Assembly: GCA_039812705.1 (NCBI GenBank)
Contig: JBDIBA010000001.1
Location: forward strand, 23,814-87,813
Length of the DNA stretch: 64,000 nucleotides
Direction: 5' to 3'
From: Acidimicrobiia bacterium
GTDB taxonomy: Bacteria; Actinomycetota; Acidimicrobiia; Acidimicrobiales; JBBSGY01
The translations under genes were made by a program, and so were the position numbers. The notes beneath the pieces were generated by a model, which worked only from the letters and a program-made list of their open reading frames with translations, ran no database searches and was not told the origin of the DNA. Shown here in pieces: positions 43,553-52,055 of this stretch. The first letter of the stretch is position 1, and each line of letters opens with the position of its first letter.

Positions 43553-44698
43553 GTGGCAGGGGAGGGTGTTATCAGTTCTTTAGGTGCGGCATCGACGCAG
43601 TACGGCTACGAGGTGATCGTTCCTGACGAACTTGATTCCGGGCTCGTCAAGGTTTGGCGGCACTTCCAGCAGGTCAATCCGGCCTATCGCAACCCCTTTC
43701 TGTCGCCGGATTTCGCGATGTTGTTTGGTCGTCATCGCGATGATGCGCGGATCTGTGTTGTTACAGGTCCCGAAGGCGTTGTTGGTTTCATGCCTTATTG
43801 CGAGGGGCGCTTAGGAACGGCGACGGCACTTGGTCTCGGCGTGTCAGATGCTCAAGGCTTGGTGTTGGGTGATTGTGAGATTGACCTGAAGGTCGTTCTG
43901 GGCGAGTTGCAGCTGTCCGTTTTTGAGTTTGATCATTTGGTTTTGCCGTCTGCTGTTCACGACGACGCGCAAGTCGGTGGTCGTGTTGTGCTTCATCCGT
44001 CCCCGTTCGTCGACACCGATGGCACTTGGGAAGACTGGCTAGAGCGAAAAACCAAGGAATCCAAGCGCATCACGACGGCGCGGCAGAAGCAGCGCAAGTT
44101 GGAGCGCGAGCATGGCGAGTTGCGTTTTGATCCTGATTGTCGAGACGCTGATGTGCTGAATGTGTTGATGGACTGGAAGTCGGCGCAATATCGCCGCACA
44201 AGTCGCAGTGACAGGTTTGCTCAAGCCTGGTTGCGTCAACTGGTGATTGACTGTTTTGAGTCGCGCAACGAGTTCTTTGAATCGCGACTTTCGGTTCTGT
44301 ATGCGGGCGACCAGATTGTCAACATCGACCTTTCGCTACTAGCCAATGGCGTCCTTGCGGGCTGGTTTCCCGCGTACAACCAGGAACTGTCTCGGTATTC
44401 GCCAGGCTTTGTTGCCATGCTTGAGATGGTGCGCTCTGCGATGTCAGATCCCAATATTTCGGTTTTGGATATGGGCAAGGGTGGCGCGCCCTACAAGGAA
44501 ACCCTTAAAACTGGGGACTTTTGGGTGGGCGAGGGTTGGATTGAGAGCCCCAGCTGGAAGTCCACGCTTTGGCGTACTCGCACAGAGCCCAAGCGGCGTG
44601 TGATGTCTTTGGTCCTTGGCAATCCCAAGTTGCGAGTTGCGGCGCGGGAAACACTTAACCGAATTGGTGAAGTGCGCACGCGTATTGATCGCCGCTAA
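43553..44698 (+). CDS. GNAT/FemAB-fold acetyltransferase, CelD/BcsL-like (COG5653-type)
   Basis: At ~380 aa it has YRNPFLSPDFAMLF near the N-terminus and AGWFPAYNQELSRYSPG...LDMGKGGAPYKETL near the C-terminus. The family is recalled from the general pattern, and no search was run. Confidence 0.55.
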   Translation: MAGEGVISSLGAASTQYGYEVIVPDELDSGLVKVWRHFQQVNPAYRNPFLSPDFAMLFGRHRDDARICVVTGPEGVVGFMPYCEGRLGTATALGLGVSDAQGLVLGDCEIDLKVVLGELQLSVFEFDHLVLPSAVHDDAQVGGRVVLHPSPFVDTDGTWEDWLERKTKESKRITTARQKQRKLEREHGELRFDPDCRDADVLNVLMDWKSAQYRRTSRSDRFAQAWLRQLVIDCFESRNEFFESRLSVLYAGDQIVNIDLSLLANGVLAGWFPAYNQELSRYSPGFVAMLEMVRSAMSDPNISVLDMGKGGAPYKETLKTGDFWVGEGWIESPSWKSTLWRTRTEPKRRVMSLVLGNPKLRVAARETLNRIGEVRTRIDRR

Positions 44699-45972
44699 CG
44701 CGTTTGTCCTAACTCAAAGGGCAGTTTGAGAATGCGGTTGTCAAAGTTCGACGCCAAGTGTTGTGGCGTGCCGATTGAGCGGATTTCTGGGGCGCGCGTG
44801 AAGAGTTCTTTGAATAGCTGTCTCATTTCGCTGCGCGCAAGCAGCTTGCCGAGACAGGTATGCGGCCCGCCCGCGCCAAAACCAACGTGAGGATTTGGGT
44901 CGCGCGTGATGTCGAACTTGTCCGCGTCGGGAAATACCGTTTCGTCTCTGTTCGCGGAATGGAAGAACAGCATTACTTGGTCGCCCGCCTTCAAGTGCGC
45001 GCCGCCAAGTTTGTAGTCGGACTTCACGTGGCGACGAAACTGATAGATGGAAGGTTCGTAGCGGACGACTTCTTCGATGGCCTTGTCAATGTGCGCATCA
45101 AAGTCTGAAAGCAGCAGCGCACGCTGGTCCTCGTGCTTTGTTATCAAGTGCAAGAAGTGCACGATCTCGTTGCGCGTTGTCTCGATGCCTGCCACCAACA
45201 GTGTGTTGAAGAACGCGCCGAGGTCTCGGTAGCCAAGCCGGTGGCCGCCGATCTCGGTCGTAACAAGGGCGGTAATCAAGTCGTCTTGCGGGTTCTTGCG
45301 GTACTGACGCGTAATCCCCGCGACCATCAGGTGCATTTGAAGCATTGCAATTGTTCCGCGACCCGGAATCCGAAAACGCTTGAATGCGTGCTCTGCACTT
45401 GCCCGTTCGGTTGTAGTGAAGATGCGTTGCAATATGTTTGCGCGTTGCTTTTCGGGAATTCCCATCATGTTGCAAAGCACTTGGAACGGCACCTGCGAAG
45501 CAAGTGATGTGACGAAGTCGTCTGGCTTGTTGTTGATCAGATCATCAACGGCGATCTTGACCACGCGCTCAATGTCTTTTTCGACGACGGCCATGTTGCG
45601 CGCGGAGAACGCGCGCTGGACGATTGAACGAAGACGACCGTGGCGTGGGTTGTCCATGTTGACCATTGATTCGCCGAACATCCACGATGCGATTGGGTTC
45701 GGTAGCGGGGTGGTGACGCCTGGTTCGCTGCTGAATACTTTGGCGTTGCGACTTGCTTCGGCGACTTCATCGAACTTGACGATGGCCCAATAGCCCTGGA
45801 CGGGTTTGCCGTTGCGAGCCGGTGTTTCCGTGACGAAGATCGGCGAATCGAGCGAGCGCAGGTGTTTGAATGCGTCTCGAATCTCTTGTGGCGGGCGCGC
45901 CCAAAACTTTGGGTCGGCCAGGTCAAAATCGAGTTGATTGCCACGGGGGTTCATTGCGGCAGTTTCTCGCAC
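44695..45972 (-). CDS. Cytochrome P450
   Basis: It has the heme-thiolate loop FGAGGPHTCLGKLLAR, the ExxR motif (EVVRYE), and the I-helix LVAGIETT. Confidence 0.9.
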   Translation of the reverse strand: MRETAAMNPRGNQLDFDLADPKFWARPPQEIRDAFKHLRSLDSPIFVTETPARNGKPVQGYWAIVKFDEVAEASRNAKVFSSEPGVTTPLPNPIASWMFGESMVNMDNPRHGRLRSIVQRAFSARNMAVVEKDIERVVKIAVDDLINNKPDDFVTSLASQVPFQVLCNMMGIPEKQRANILQRIFTTTERASAEHAFKRFRIPGRGTIAMLQMHLMVAGITRQYRKNPQDDLITALVTTEIGGHRLGYRDLGAFFNTLLVAGIETTRNEIVHFLHLITKHEDQRALLLSDFDAHIDKAIEEVVRYEPSIYQFRRHVKSDYKLGGAHLKAGDQVMLFFHSANRDETVFPDADKFDITRDPNPHVGFGAGGPHTCLGKLLARSEMRQLFKELFTRAPEIRSIGTPQHLASNFDNRILKLPFELGQTR

Positions 45973-46042
45973 TTGTTTGTGCGATGTCGGGTGGCCCGTG
46001 TTGTTGCTGCTCAGCTCCTATTGTGGCCAGGCACCAACCACA

Positions 46043-46128
46043 GCCCGGGTGGCGGAATTGGCAGACGCAGGGGGCTTAAACCCCCCGGACTCGAAAGGGT
46101 CATGCGGGTTCGAGTCCCGCCCCGGGCA
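46043..46128 (+). tRNA. tRNA-Leu (anticodon TAA), class II
   Basis: I folded the cloverleaf by hand. The acceptor is GCCCGGG/CCCGGGC and the D-arm GCG-GAATTGGCAGA-CGC. The anticodon stem is GGGGG/CCCCC with loop CTTAAAC, followed by a 17-nt variable arm. The T-arm is GCGGG-TTCGAGT-CCCGC with discriminator A. Confidence 0.9.
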
Positions 46129-46255
46129 CCCCTTTCGTCTTCTCGTTGACCTTGCGGACACTTTGGCCCGGCGCGACCTGGGCTTTTGTGGTCGCGCGCG
46201 TCCCTAACGTCAACGAGAAGCAAGTAGGGGGCATGTTGCGAGCGAAGTTGGGTTC

Positions 46256-46720
46256 TTGAATACTGGGCGCGTGGACAACCAAGAAGCCACGGTGGCAGAA
46301 CCGCAGTCGGGGACAAGTACAGGGAAAATGGTGTTGATCAGCCTGATGGCAGTTCTTGGAGTGACCGTGCTGTTTATGCTTGCAGTTTTGTGGTTTATCG
46401 ATGCGCCGAACCGCCCGAAGTGGGAATCGAGTGTTTCCAAGTTCGATGAGGTGGTCGCCACAATGCCACCCGCGCCGCCTGGAAAAGAGTGGGTTGACTT
46501 TGATGTGCCTGCCAGAATTGGCGAGTACAACATCCGCAGCGCCGCGCGCGTCAAGTCTGGTGCGGTGTTCTACGACACCGAGGGGTGTGGATTTCTCGAT
46601 GAAGCAGGTTTCGCGTACTTGCCTAACGGCATTGACCCAAACCTGGAAAATGGCACCTTTGAACGCCCGCGTTATAAGAGCCTTGGCGGCCCCTGGTACA
46701 GCTTTTGTGCGAGTTGGTGA
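46256..46720 (+). CDS. Hypothetical membrane-anchored protein (154 aa)
   Basis: It has a single TM segment (MVLISLMAVLGVTVLFMLAVLWFI) followed by a globular domain ending GGPWYSFCASW. It is preferred over the overlapping antisense 263-aa ORF. Confidence 0.5.
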   Translation: MNTGRVDNQEATVAEPQSGTSTGKMVLISLMAVLGVTVLFMLAVLWFIDAPNRPKWESSVSKFDEVVATMPPAPPGKEWVDFDVPARIGEYNIRSAARVKSGAVFYDTEGCGFLDEAGFAYLPNGIDPNLENGTFERPRYKSLGGPWYSFCASW

Positions 46721-46733
46721 GCGCCAAAGGTGG

Positions 46734-47492
46734 TTAGACCCAGCGTTCGTTAAGCGCGATCTCGCCAGCGGGGATTTCGGCGAACATTGCGACGTCTTCG
46801 TCATCATCGTCTGAGTCGTCAACGTAGAACGGTTCGTCGGGTTCCACGTAAAGCACGGTGCCCTGGTGAAGTTCCGTGCCGTCGAGTTCAAGCCACGGGT
46901 TGCCGAAGTCTTGGTTGATTACGCACAGCGCCTGAGCGGCACCGCTGACAATGCTGGCAACTTCCTCATCGGTTTCTTCCGGAAAGTTCTGTCGGCGAAC
47001 TGCCCGCGCAGTGTCAAGCAGTTGCTTTTCGTCAACAATATTTAGGTCCCACCGGCCAATGACGCTGATGTGTGCGATGTCCTCATCGGACCCAGGGTCT
47101 GAACCCGAGTCACCCGCGGTGTAAGCGTCATCTGCAGATTCATCGGACTGATCGCTGTCATTGTCCGAATAGTCATCATCGGAATAGTCGTCGGGCAAGA
47201 ACTCGTCTTCGACATCGTCGAGACGGTCCTCGTCGCCCTCGTCTTCGTCGTTCAACATGAGCACCGAAGTGTTCGTGTGTTCGTACGCGCTGGAGTTCCA
47301 GTGCATGACGACTTCTTCCAGCTCCACGTTCATTTCCGCAAGCTGGTCGGCCTCGTCTTCACTGCCATTCATCTGCGACGAGACGTCCAGATAGTTCTCA
47401 AGAAGTGCAATCAGTTCTTGGGTCGCTGACGCAAAAGCTTCTTTACTTTGTTCCGAGAATGGCTCGAGCACATCTGCATCGTCTTCGTACAT
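46734..47492 (-). CDS. Hyper-acidic hypothetical protein (252 aa)
   Basis: It has long Asp/Glu runs (DEDEGDEDRLDDVEDEFLPDDYSDDDYSDNDSDQSDESADD; DDSDDDDEDV) flanking a structured-looking segment (ISVIGRWDLNIVDEKQLLDTARAVRRQNFPEE). I recognise no family. Confidence 0.5.
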   Translation of the reverse strand: MYEDDADVLEPFSEQSKEAFASATQELIALLENYLDVSSQMNGSEDEADQLAEMNVELEEVVMHWNSSAYEHTNTSVLMLNDEDEGDEDRLDDVEDEFLPDDYSDDDYSDNDSDQSDESADDAYTAGDSGSDPGSDEDIAHISVIGRWDLNIVDEKQLLDTARAVRRQNFPEETDEEVASIVSGAAQALCVINQDFGNPWLELDGTELHQGTVLYVEPDEPFYVDDSDDDDEDVAMFAEIPAGEIALNERWV

Positions 47493-48295
47493 GGCTCAAA
47501 TGTTGCACGTTGGCAAAGCCAAGTGAAGGAATCGCCCCAGATTGCGATGAAAAGCTGCGGGCTAGGCGTTGTGCCTGGCCGGTAGAAAGGGCGACCAAAA
47601 CCTACGGGAGGACCAAACGCGGGCCTCTGGTCAACTGGAAGGCGATTGCCACGGTCCGGATTTACATCGGCACTGTCTAGTGCCGACTCGCGACCGTACA
47701 GTGTCGCAAAAGCCTGCTGGGCTTCCTTGTTTGCTTGGTCACTGATCTCTTTGGTCGAGAACCCCACCGGGATGCGTTCTGGCTCCAGACGATGTTGATT
47801 GCTGTGATCATGCAAGTCGTAACGAATGCTTGGTTTTCCATCGAAGCGAACAACCCAAACCTCTTCGGTTTCCCCATAGCCAACGTTGCGTCTATAGGCA
47901 ATGACGCGGTTGTTGCGAGGGTCGCGGTGAGTTTCAATCGCGTGGCGGTTTAGGTCGGCCGCAACGTACAAGTCTCGGATCGTCTGGGGGTCAACAAAGG
48001 CTGGGCCTGCTGGCGACAAGCGGGGAATCTCAAGGCGCTCGTCTGATTCGGCGAATCGGTGTTTGAGGTGAGACAGGCATTGGTCCAACTCGTCCGGGCT
48101 CATCCACTGTAGGCGAGTTCTCTTTCCGGGAAGGTTGACTGTTTCAACGAAATTCGGAGGAAGCTCGCCGGATGGGTTGTACGGAACGCAGAAGCGGCGT
48201 CCGTCGAGAGTCAAGTGGATGCCTAGGTGGTCAACTCGGACTGGTGAAGCTGCGACGCTTGGTGTTCTGGAGGCGGGGGAACTGCTGTTGGACAT
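47411..48295 (-). CDS. Hypothetical protein (294 aa)
   Basis: The ORF has coding-like composition and I recognise no motif. The last ~27 codons overlap the downstream acidic gene and look non-native, so the C-terminus is uncertain. Confidence 0.45.
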   Translation of the reverse strand: MSNSSSPASRTPSVAASPVRVDHLGIHLTLDGRRFCVPYNPSGELPPNFVETVNLPGKRTRLQWMSPDELDQCLSHLKHRFAESDERLEIPRLSPAGPAFVDPQTIRDLYVAADLNRHAIETHRDPRNNRVIAYRRNVGYGETEEVWVVRFDGKPSIRYDLHDHSNQHRLEPERIPVGFSTKEISDQANKEAQQAFATLYGRESALDSADVNPDRGNRLPVDQRPAFGPPVGFGRPFYRPGTTPSPQLFIAIWGDSFTWLCQRATFEPCTKTMQMCSSHSRNKVKKLLRQRPKN

Positions 48296-48371
48296 GGGCG
48301 ACCATTATTTGTCGCGAGCCGGGGGATTGCCAAACGAGCCGAGCCTGCAAGTAGTGGAAAGATGGCCGACA

Positions 48372-48860
48372 ATGACAGGTAGCTCCGGTCCGGATCGCAA
48401 CGCGTACGGGTACCGCCAGGGCGCAAGTGTGATTCTGCTTGCGCCCGACGACACCATCTTGGTTTGCAGGTTGCGCAGTGAGTTTGTGCCAAAAGCCGTC
48501 TTGCCGTCGGGTGGAATTGAAACCGGAGAAGACGTGATGGCCGCCGGTCTGCGGGAACTGCAAGAAGAAACCGGCATTGCGCCCAAGTCGATTCGCGTGG
48601 TCGGTGTGTCGGATCGCTACTTCCGTTACGACCTTGTCGATGAGCAATTCAACAAATGGATCAAGAGAGGCTCGCACTTCCGCGGCCAGGAGAAGCACTA
48701 CGTAGTGGCCACCCTCGACGATTCGGTGCAGCTTCCAAGTCCGACCGAGCCCGCCATTGCCGCGACCATGTTCGTCGAGCGGTCCGGCTTGGCCGACGCG
48801 CTTAACCACCCCGATGAGGCGGCGCTGATCGAGCAAATCCTTCGCGATTTCGGTCTTTGA
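48372..48860 (+). CDS. NUDIX hydrolase
   Basis: It has the Nudix box GGIETGEDVMAAGLRELQEETGI. ATG 48372 was chosen; the alternative at 48294 abuts the divergent gene. Confidence 0.8.
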   Translation: MTGSSGPDRNAYGYRQGASVILLAPDDTILVCRLRSEFVPKAVLPSGGIETGEDVMAAGLRELQEETGIAPKSIRVVGVSDRYFRYDLVDEQFNKWIKRGSHFRGQEKHYVVATLDDSVQLPSPTEPAIAATMFVERSGLADALNHPDEAALIEQILRDFGL

Positions 48861-48973
48861 CCACGAAAAGTTTGCCTGAAGGACATAAAAAGTCGGATTT
48901 GTGCTTTAGGACTTGTCTGAAGCAGATGGAAGGTATTAGAAAGACAGATATCGATCGAGGGGGTATTCGAACG

Positions 48974-49231
48974 ATGTCATATGACAACTCTTTAGGGTCT
49001 GGTTATTCGGTTGCAGAGGCAACCCCAGATTCATTGTTGATGAAACCGGCAGAAGTGGCAGCAATGTTCCGGGTTAGTCCAAAGACAGTGGCCCGATGGT
49101 CAGTGTCCGGACGGCTTCATCCAATGCGGACAGTTGGCGGTCACAGAAGGTTTCATGCCGATGAAGTCGCGGCACTTCGTGACCAGCTAGACCCGCATCA
49201 GTTCGGCGGCGCTCGCGCCGCTAATCAGTAG
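48974..49231 (+). CDS. Small MerR/excisionase-family HTH DNA-binding protein (BldC-like)
   Basis: LMKPAEVAAMFRVSPKTVARWSVSGRLHPMRTVGGHRRFHADEVAAL is the excisionase-family HTH pattern seen in actinobacterial BldC-type regulators. Confidence 0.7.
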   Translation: MSYDNSLGSGYSVAEATPDSLLMKPAEVAAMFRVSPKTVARWSVSGRLHPMRTVGGHRRFHADEVAALRDQLDPHQFGGARAANQ

Positions 49232-49275
49232 CCGATTGGGGGATCGGCTACTGAGTTTCTGACTTAGGTCAGTTG

Positions 49276-49320
49276 TCGCCATGGCGGCCTCGGGTACAAC
49301 TACCGTGGCCGCCATGGCGA
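49276..49320. promoter_or_regulatory. Perfect 14-bp inverted repeat spanning both candidate fumC start codons
   Basis: TCGCCATGGCGGCC (49276-49289) is the exact reverse complement of GGCCGCCATGGCGA (49307-49320), with a 17-nt spacer. ATG 49281 and ATG 49314 each lie inside an arm. Confidence 0.4.
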
Positions 49321-50705
49321 CAGACTCCGAATTTCGAATTGAGCGCGACTCGATGGGCGAGGTGAAGGTCCCAAAGGACGCGCGTTACGGCGCTCAGACA
49401 CAGCGCGCTATAGACAACTTTCCCATTTCAGGCCTGCGCGTTGATCAGTCCCTGATTGCTGCTCTTGCGCGCATCAAGGGCGCCGCAGCCTTGCAGAACG
49501 CAGAGATGGGTCTCATTCCAGCCGACCTGGCCGACGCCGTGGCAGCTGCCGCAGGCGATGTTGTTGAGGGTAAGTGCATTGATGACTTTCCCGTTGACGT
49601 ATTCCAGACGGGCTCGGGAACCAGCACCAACATGAACATGAACGAGGTTCTCTCCAACCTCGCGACGGCGTGCCTTGGTGGCACCGCTGTTCACCCGAAT
49701 GACATTGTCAATGCCTCTCAGTCATCCAACGACACGTTTCCTTCGGCAATCCACCTTGCTGCGCAAACCTCAATCACGAACGACTTGCTTCCCGCACTTG
49801 ACGCGTTGGCAAAGTCGCTTGAAGCCAAGTCGTCGGAGTTCAGCGATGTCGTGAAGTCCGGTCGCACGCACTTGATGGACGCAACGCCTGTCACCCTTGG
49901 TCAAGAGTTCGGCGGATATGCAGCGGCCGTGCGCAACGGAATTGAGCGCGTGACAGCTTCGATGGATCGCGTAGGCGAGCTTCCGCTGGGCGGAACCGCG
50001 GTTGGGACTGGAATCAACGCACCCGCGGGTTTTGCGTCCGGGGTTATCGCACGACTCGCGAAGGAAACCGGCCTGAACCTCACCGAGACGCGCAACCACT
50101 TTGAGGCTCATGGATCTCGCGATGCGCTGGTTGAGGTTTCCGGTCAGCTGCGCACGGTTGCGTTGTCGTTGTGGAAGATCTCCAATGACTTGCGCTGGAT
50201 GTCGTCGGGTCCTCGTGCGGGTCTTGGCGAGATTCGCCTTCCTGACTTGCAGCCTGGAAGCTCAATCATGCCGGGCAAGGTAAATCCGGTCGTTCCAGAA
50301 GCGGTGTGCCAGGTGGTTGCACAAGTTGTCGGGAACGATTCCGCTGTGGCATTCGGCGGCGCTGCTGGAAACTTTGAACTGAATGTCATGTTGCCGGTCA
50401 TTGCGCGCAACTTGTTGGAATCGATCTCGCTGCTTGCGTCGGTGTCTCGTGCATTTGCGACCAAGTGCATTGACGGCATTGAGGCAGACGAAGACCGCTG
50501 CCGTTTCTTGGCCGAGTCTTCGCCGTCGGTCGGCACCTCGTTGAACCTGCACATTGGTTACGACGAGGCCGCAAAAGTCATCAAGGAATCTTTGCGAGAC
50601 AAGAAGACGTTGAAACAAGTAGTCGTAGAGCGCGGGTTGTTGAGCGAGGAAGAAGCAAGCCGCGTCTTAGATGTAATGAAACTTACAAAGGGAGGCATTC
50701 AATGA
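49281..50705 (+). CDS. fumC: Class II fumarate hydratase
   Basis: It has the [11 protein letters not shown] signature, [14 protein letters not shown], and [18 protein letters not shown]. The start is either 49281 or 49314. Confidence 0.95.
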   Translation: MAASGTTTVAAMATDSEFRIERDSMGEVKVPKDARYGAQTQRAIDNFPISGLRVDQSLIAALARIKGAAALQNAEMGLIPADLADAVAAAAGDVVEGKCIDDFPVDVFQTGSGTSTNMNMNEVLSNLATACLGGTAVHPNDIVNASQSSNDTFPSAIHLAAQTSITNDLLPALDALAKSLEAKSSEFSDVVKSGRTHLMDATPVTLGQEFGGYAAAVRNGIERVTASMDRVGELPLGGTAVGTGINAPAGFASGVIARLAKETGLNLTETRNHFEAHGSRDALVEVSGQLRTVALSLWKISNDLRWMSSGPRAGLGEIRLPDLQPGSSIMPGKVNPVVPEAVCQVVAQVVGNDSAVAFGGAAGNFELNVMLPVIARNLLESISLLASVSRAFATKCIDGIEADEDRCRFLAESSPSVGTSLNLHIGYDEAAKVIKESLRDKKTLKQVVVERGLLSEEEASRVLDVMKLTKGGIQ

Positions 50706-51172
50706 GCGGTGTTAATTCGGCGCTGTATTACGCGCTGTTGGTTGTGCACATACTTTCAATTGTTGCGATTTTTGGCCCGGCGCTCGTCTTTCCGTCACTT
50801 GCTCGCAAGGCAATCGACCTGAAAGGTGAAAGCGGCGCGTCCGTAATGAAGATCGCGCAGTTTGCGAACGGACCGATTGCTCTTGGCGGCCTTGTTGCGT
50901 TAGTGCTGGCCGGAATTGGCCTTGTTGTTGTCAGCGATGGCGCTTGGGGTTTTGATGAGCCTTGGATCTCAGCTGGTTTTGCGATTGCGCTTGCATTGTT
51001 TGGTGTCGGCTGGTTCATGACGCAGCCGGCAATTACAAAACTGCGCGCAGCGCTGTCAGAGTCCGCTTCGGATGAAAAGCTAAGAACGCTGCGGTCTCAG
51101 CTGGCGATGAGCACCGGTTTCATGCACCTGGCAATGGCAGTTGCAGTGGTGTTGATGGTGTGGAAACCGTAG
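50702..51172 (+). CDS. Integral membrane protein (DUF2269-like, four TM segments)
   Basis: It has four hydrophobic helices and an ATGA overlap with fumC. The family assignment is tentative. Confidence 0.55.
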   Translation: MSGVNSALYYALLVVHILSIVAIFGPALVFPSLARKAIDLKGESGASVMKIAQFANGPIALGGLVALVLAGIGLVVVSDGAWGFDEPWISAGFAIALALFGVGWFMTQPAITKLRAALSESASDEKLRTLRSQLAMSTGFMHLAMAVAVVLMVWKP

Positions 51173-52028
51173 TGGTCGGCGTTGTTGTCGTAGTCGATGT
51201 GTTTGACGCGGCAACGAGGTTGACGCGTGCATAGCTTGTGCGCTCGTTTCCGCCATCACAATCGCTACTGGTAACGGCAATGACAACGTTGTAAATGCCG
51301 CCTTCGGGGTACGCATGCTCAAAGCGCTCCTTGCGGTTTGAGGTCGTGAACCCTTGATTGCCGTTTGAGCATTCTTGCAATGCCCACGTGCGCGCTTCAG
51401 GCACATCGCCTGACTGCCAGTTCACTGCAACACGAGTGATGAATCCGCGGGTGTCCGCACCTGTCACTTCGATTGCCACGCGTGGGTCTTCAGGAAGGAA
51501 CGTGTCGGTGACGTCTGTGGCCTGAATTGTCAGTTCACGCGCGGGCAGGTTGACCGGCGGAATTGAAAGCGGGTTTTGCGTCGAGATTGGGTTTGGCGCA
51601 GGTGCAGCTGGGCGCGTTATCGGGCTCGCGGAAGGCCGTGCTGGTTGTGCTGGAGCCGGAGGCGTTGCACCAGCTGGTGCTGGGCTGTTCGGTGTTGCCG
51701 GCGTTGCTGGGTTTGGCGCTGCTGTTGTGGCGGGCGCGTTGGGATCAGCTGGCGTTGCAACAACCGTCGTCGCTGAATTGTCAGGGGCGGGTGTGACGGA
51801 GCTGTTGTTGGTTGTTTGGAGCGTGCTGAATGGCGAGCCTTCCGCCAAGGGCTTGGTGTGATTTGCGTTGTCGGCATCCAAGGCAAAGGTGCCGATGCTG
51901 ATTACGGTCAGCAATGAAAGACCGGCCCCACCGAGGGCGATTGATGGCTTTGGGTTGGACTTCACCCAAGACTGCGTTTTGGATATAACTGCGGCGAGTT
52001 TTTGACGCATACCCATATTCTGCTTCAT
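51120..52028 (-). CDS. Secreted/anchored hypothetical protein with a Pro/Ala/Thr-rich linker and a beta-rich C-terminal domain
   Basis: It has an N-terminal anchor (PSIALGGAGLSLLTVISIGTFAL), a P/A/T linker, and then a domain with ITRVAVNWQSGD...GGIYNVVIAVTSSDCDGGNE, which looks like an Ig/PKD-type fold. Start candidates are 52028, 52016 and 52010. The 3' end overlaps the convergent gene by 53 nt. Confidence 0.5.
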   Translation of the reverse strand: MKQNMGMRQKLAAVISKTQSWVKSNPKPSIALGGAGLSLLTVISIGTFALDADNANHTKPLAEGSPFSTLQTTNNSSVTPAPDNSATTVVATPADPNAPATTAAPNPATPATPNSPAPAGATPPAPAQPARPSASPITRPAAPAPNPISTQNPLSIPPVNLPARELTIQATDVTDTFLPEDPRVAIEVTGADTRGFITRVAVNWQSGDVPEARTWALQECSNGNQGFTTSNRKERFEHAYPEGGIYNVVIAVTSSDCDGGNERTSYARVNLVAASNTSTTTTTPTTTVSTPSTPLQLPLPGA

Positions 52029-52055
52029 TACAGCTTTGTGTACAGGGAGTACGCG

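Noticed and set aside
46100-46891. 263-aa minus-strand ORF overlapping tRNA-Leu and the 154-aa plus-strand ORF
   Set aside because: It overlaps the 3' end of the tRNA gene. Its translation is low-complexity and Arg/Thr/Pro-rich, whereas the plus-strand ORF has a clean TM helix plus a globular domain.
46043-49231. Integrated mobile element at tRNA-Leu, suggested by an 'excisionase-family' HTH gene 2.9 kb downstream
   Set aside because: I found no integrase or recombinase and no duplicated copy of the tRNA 3' end. The HTH protein looks like the widely conserved BldC-type regulator rather than a phage Xis. The orphan genes are kept as a low-level finding only.
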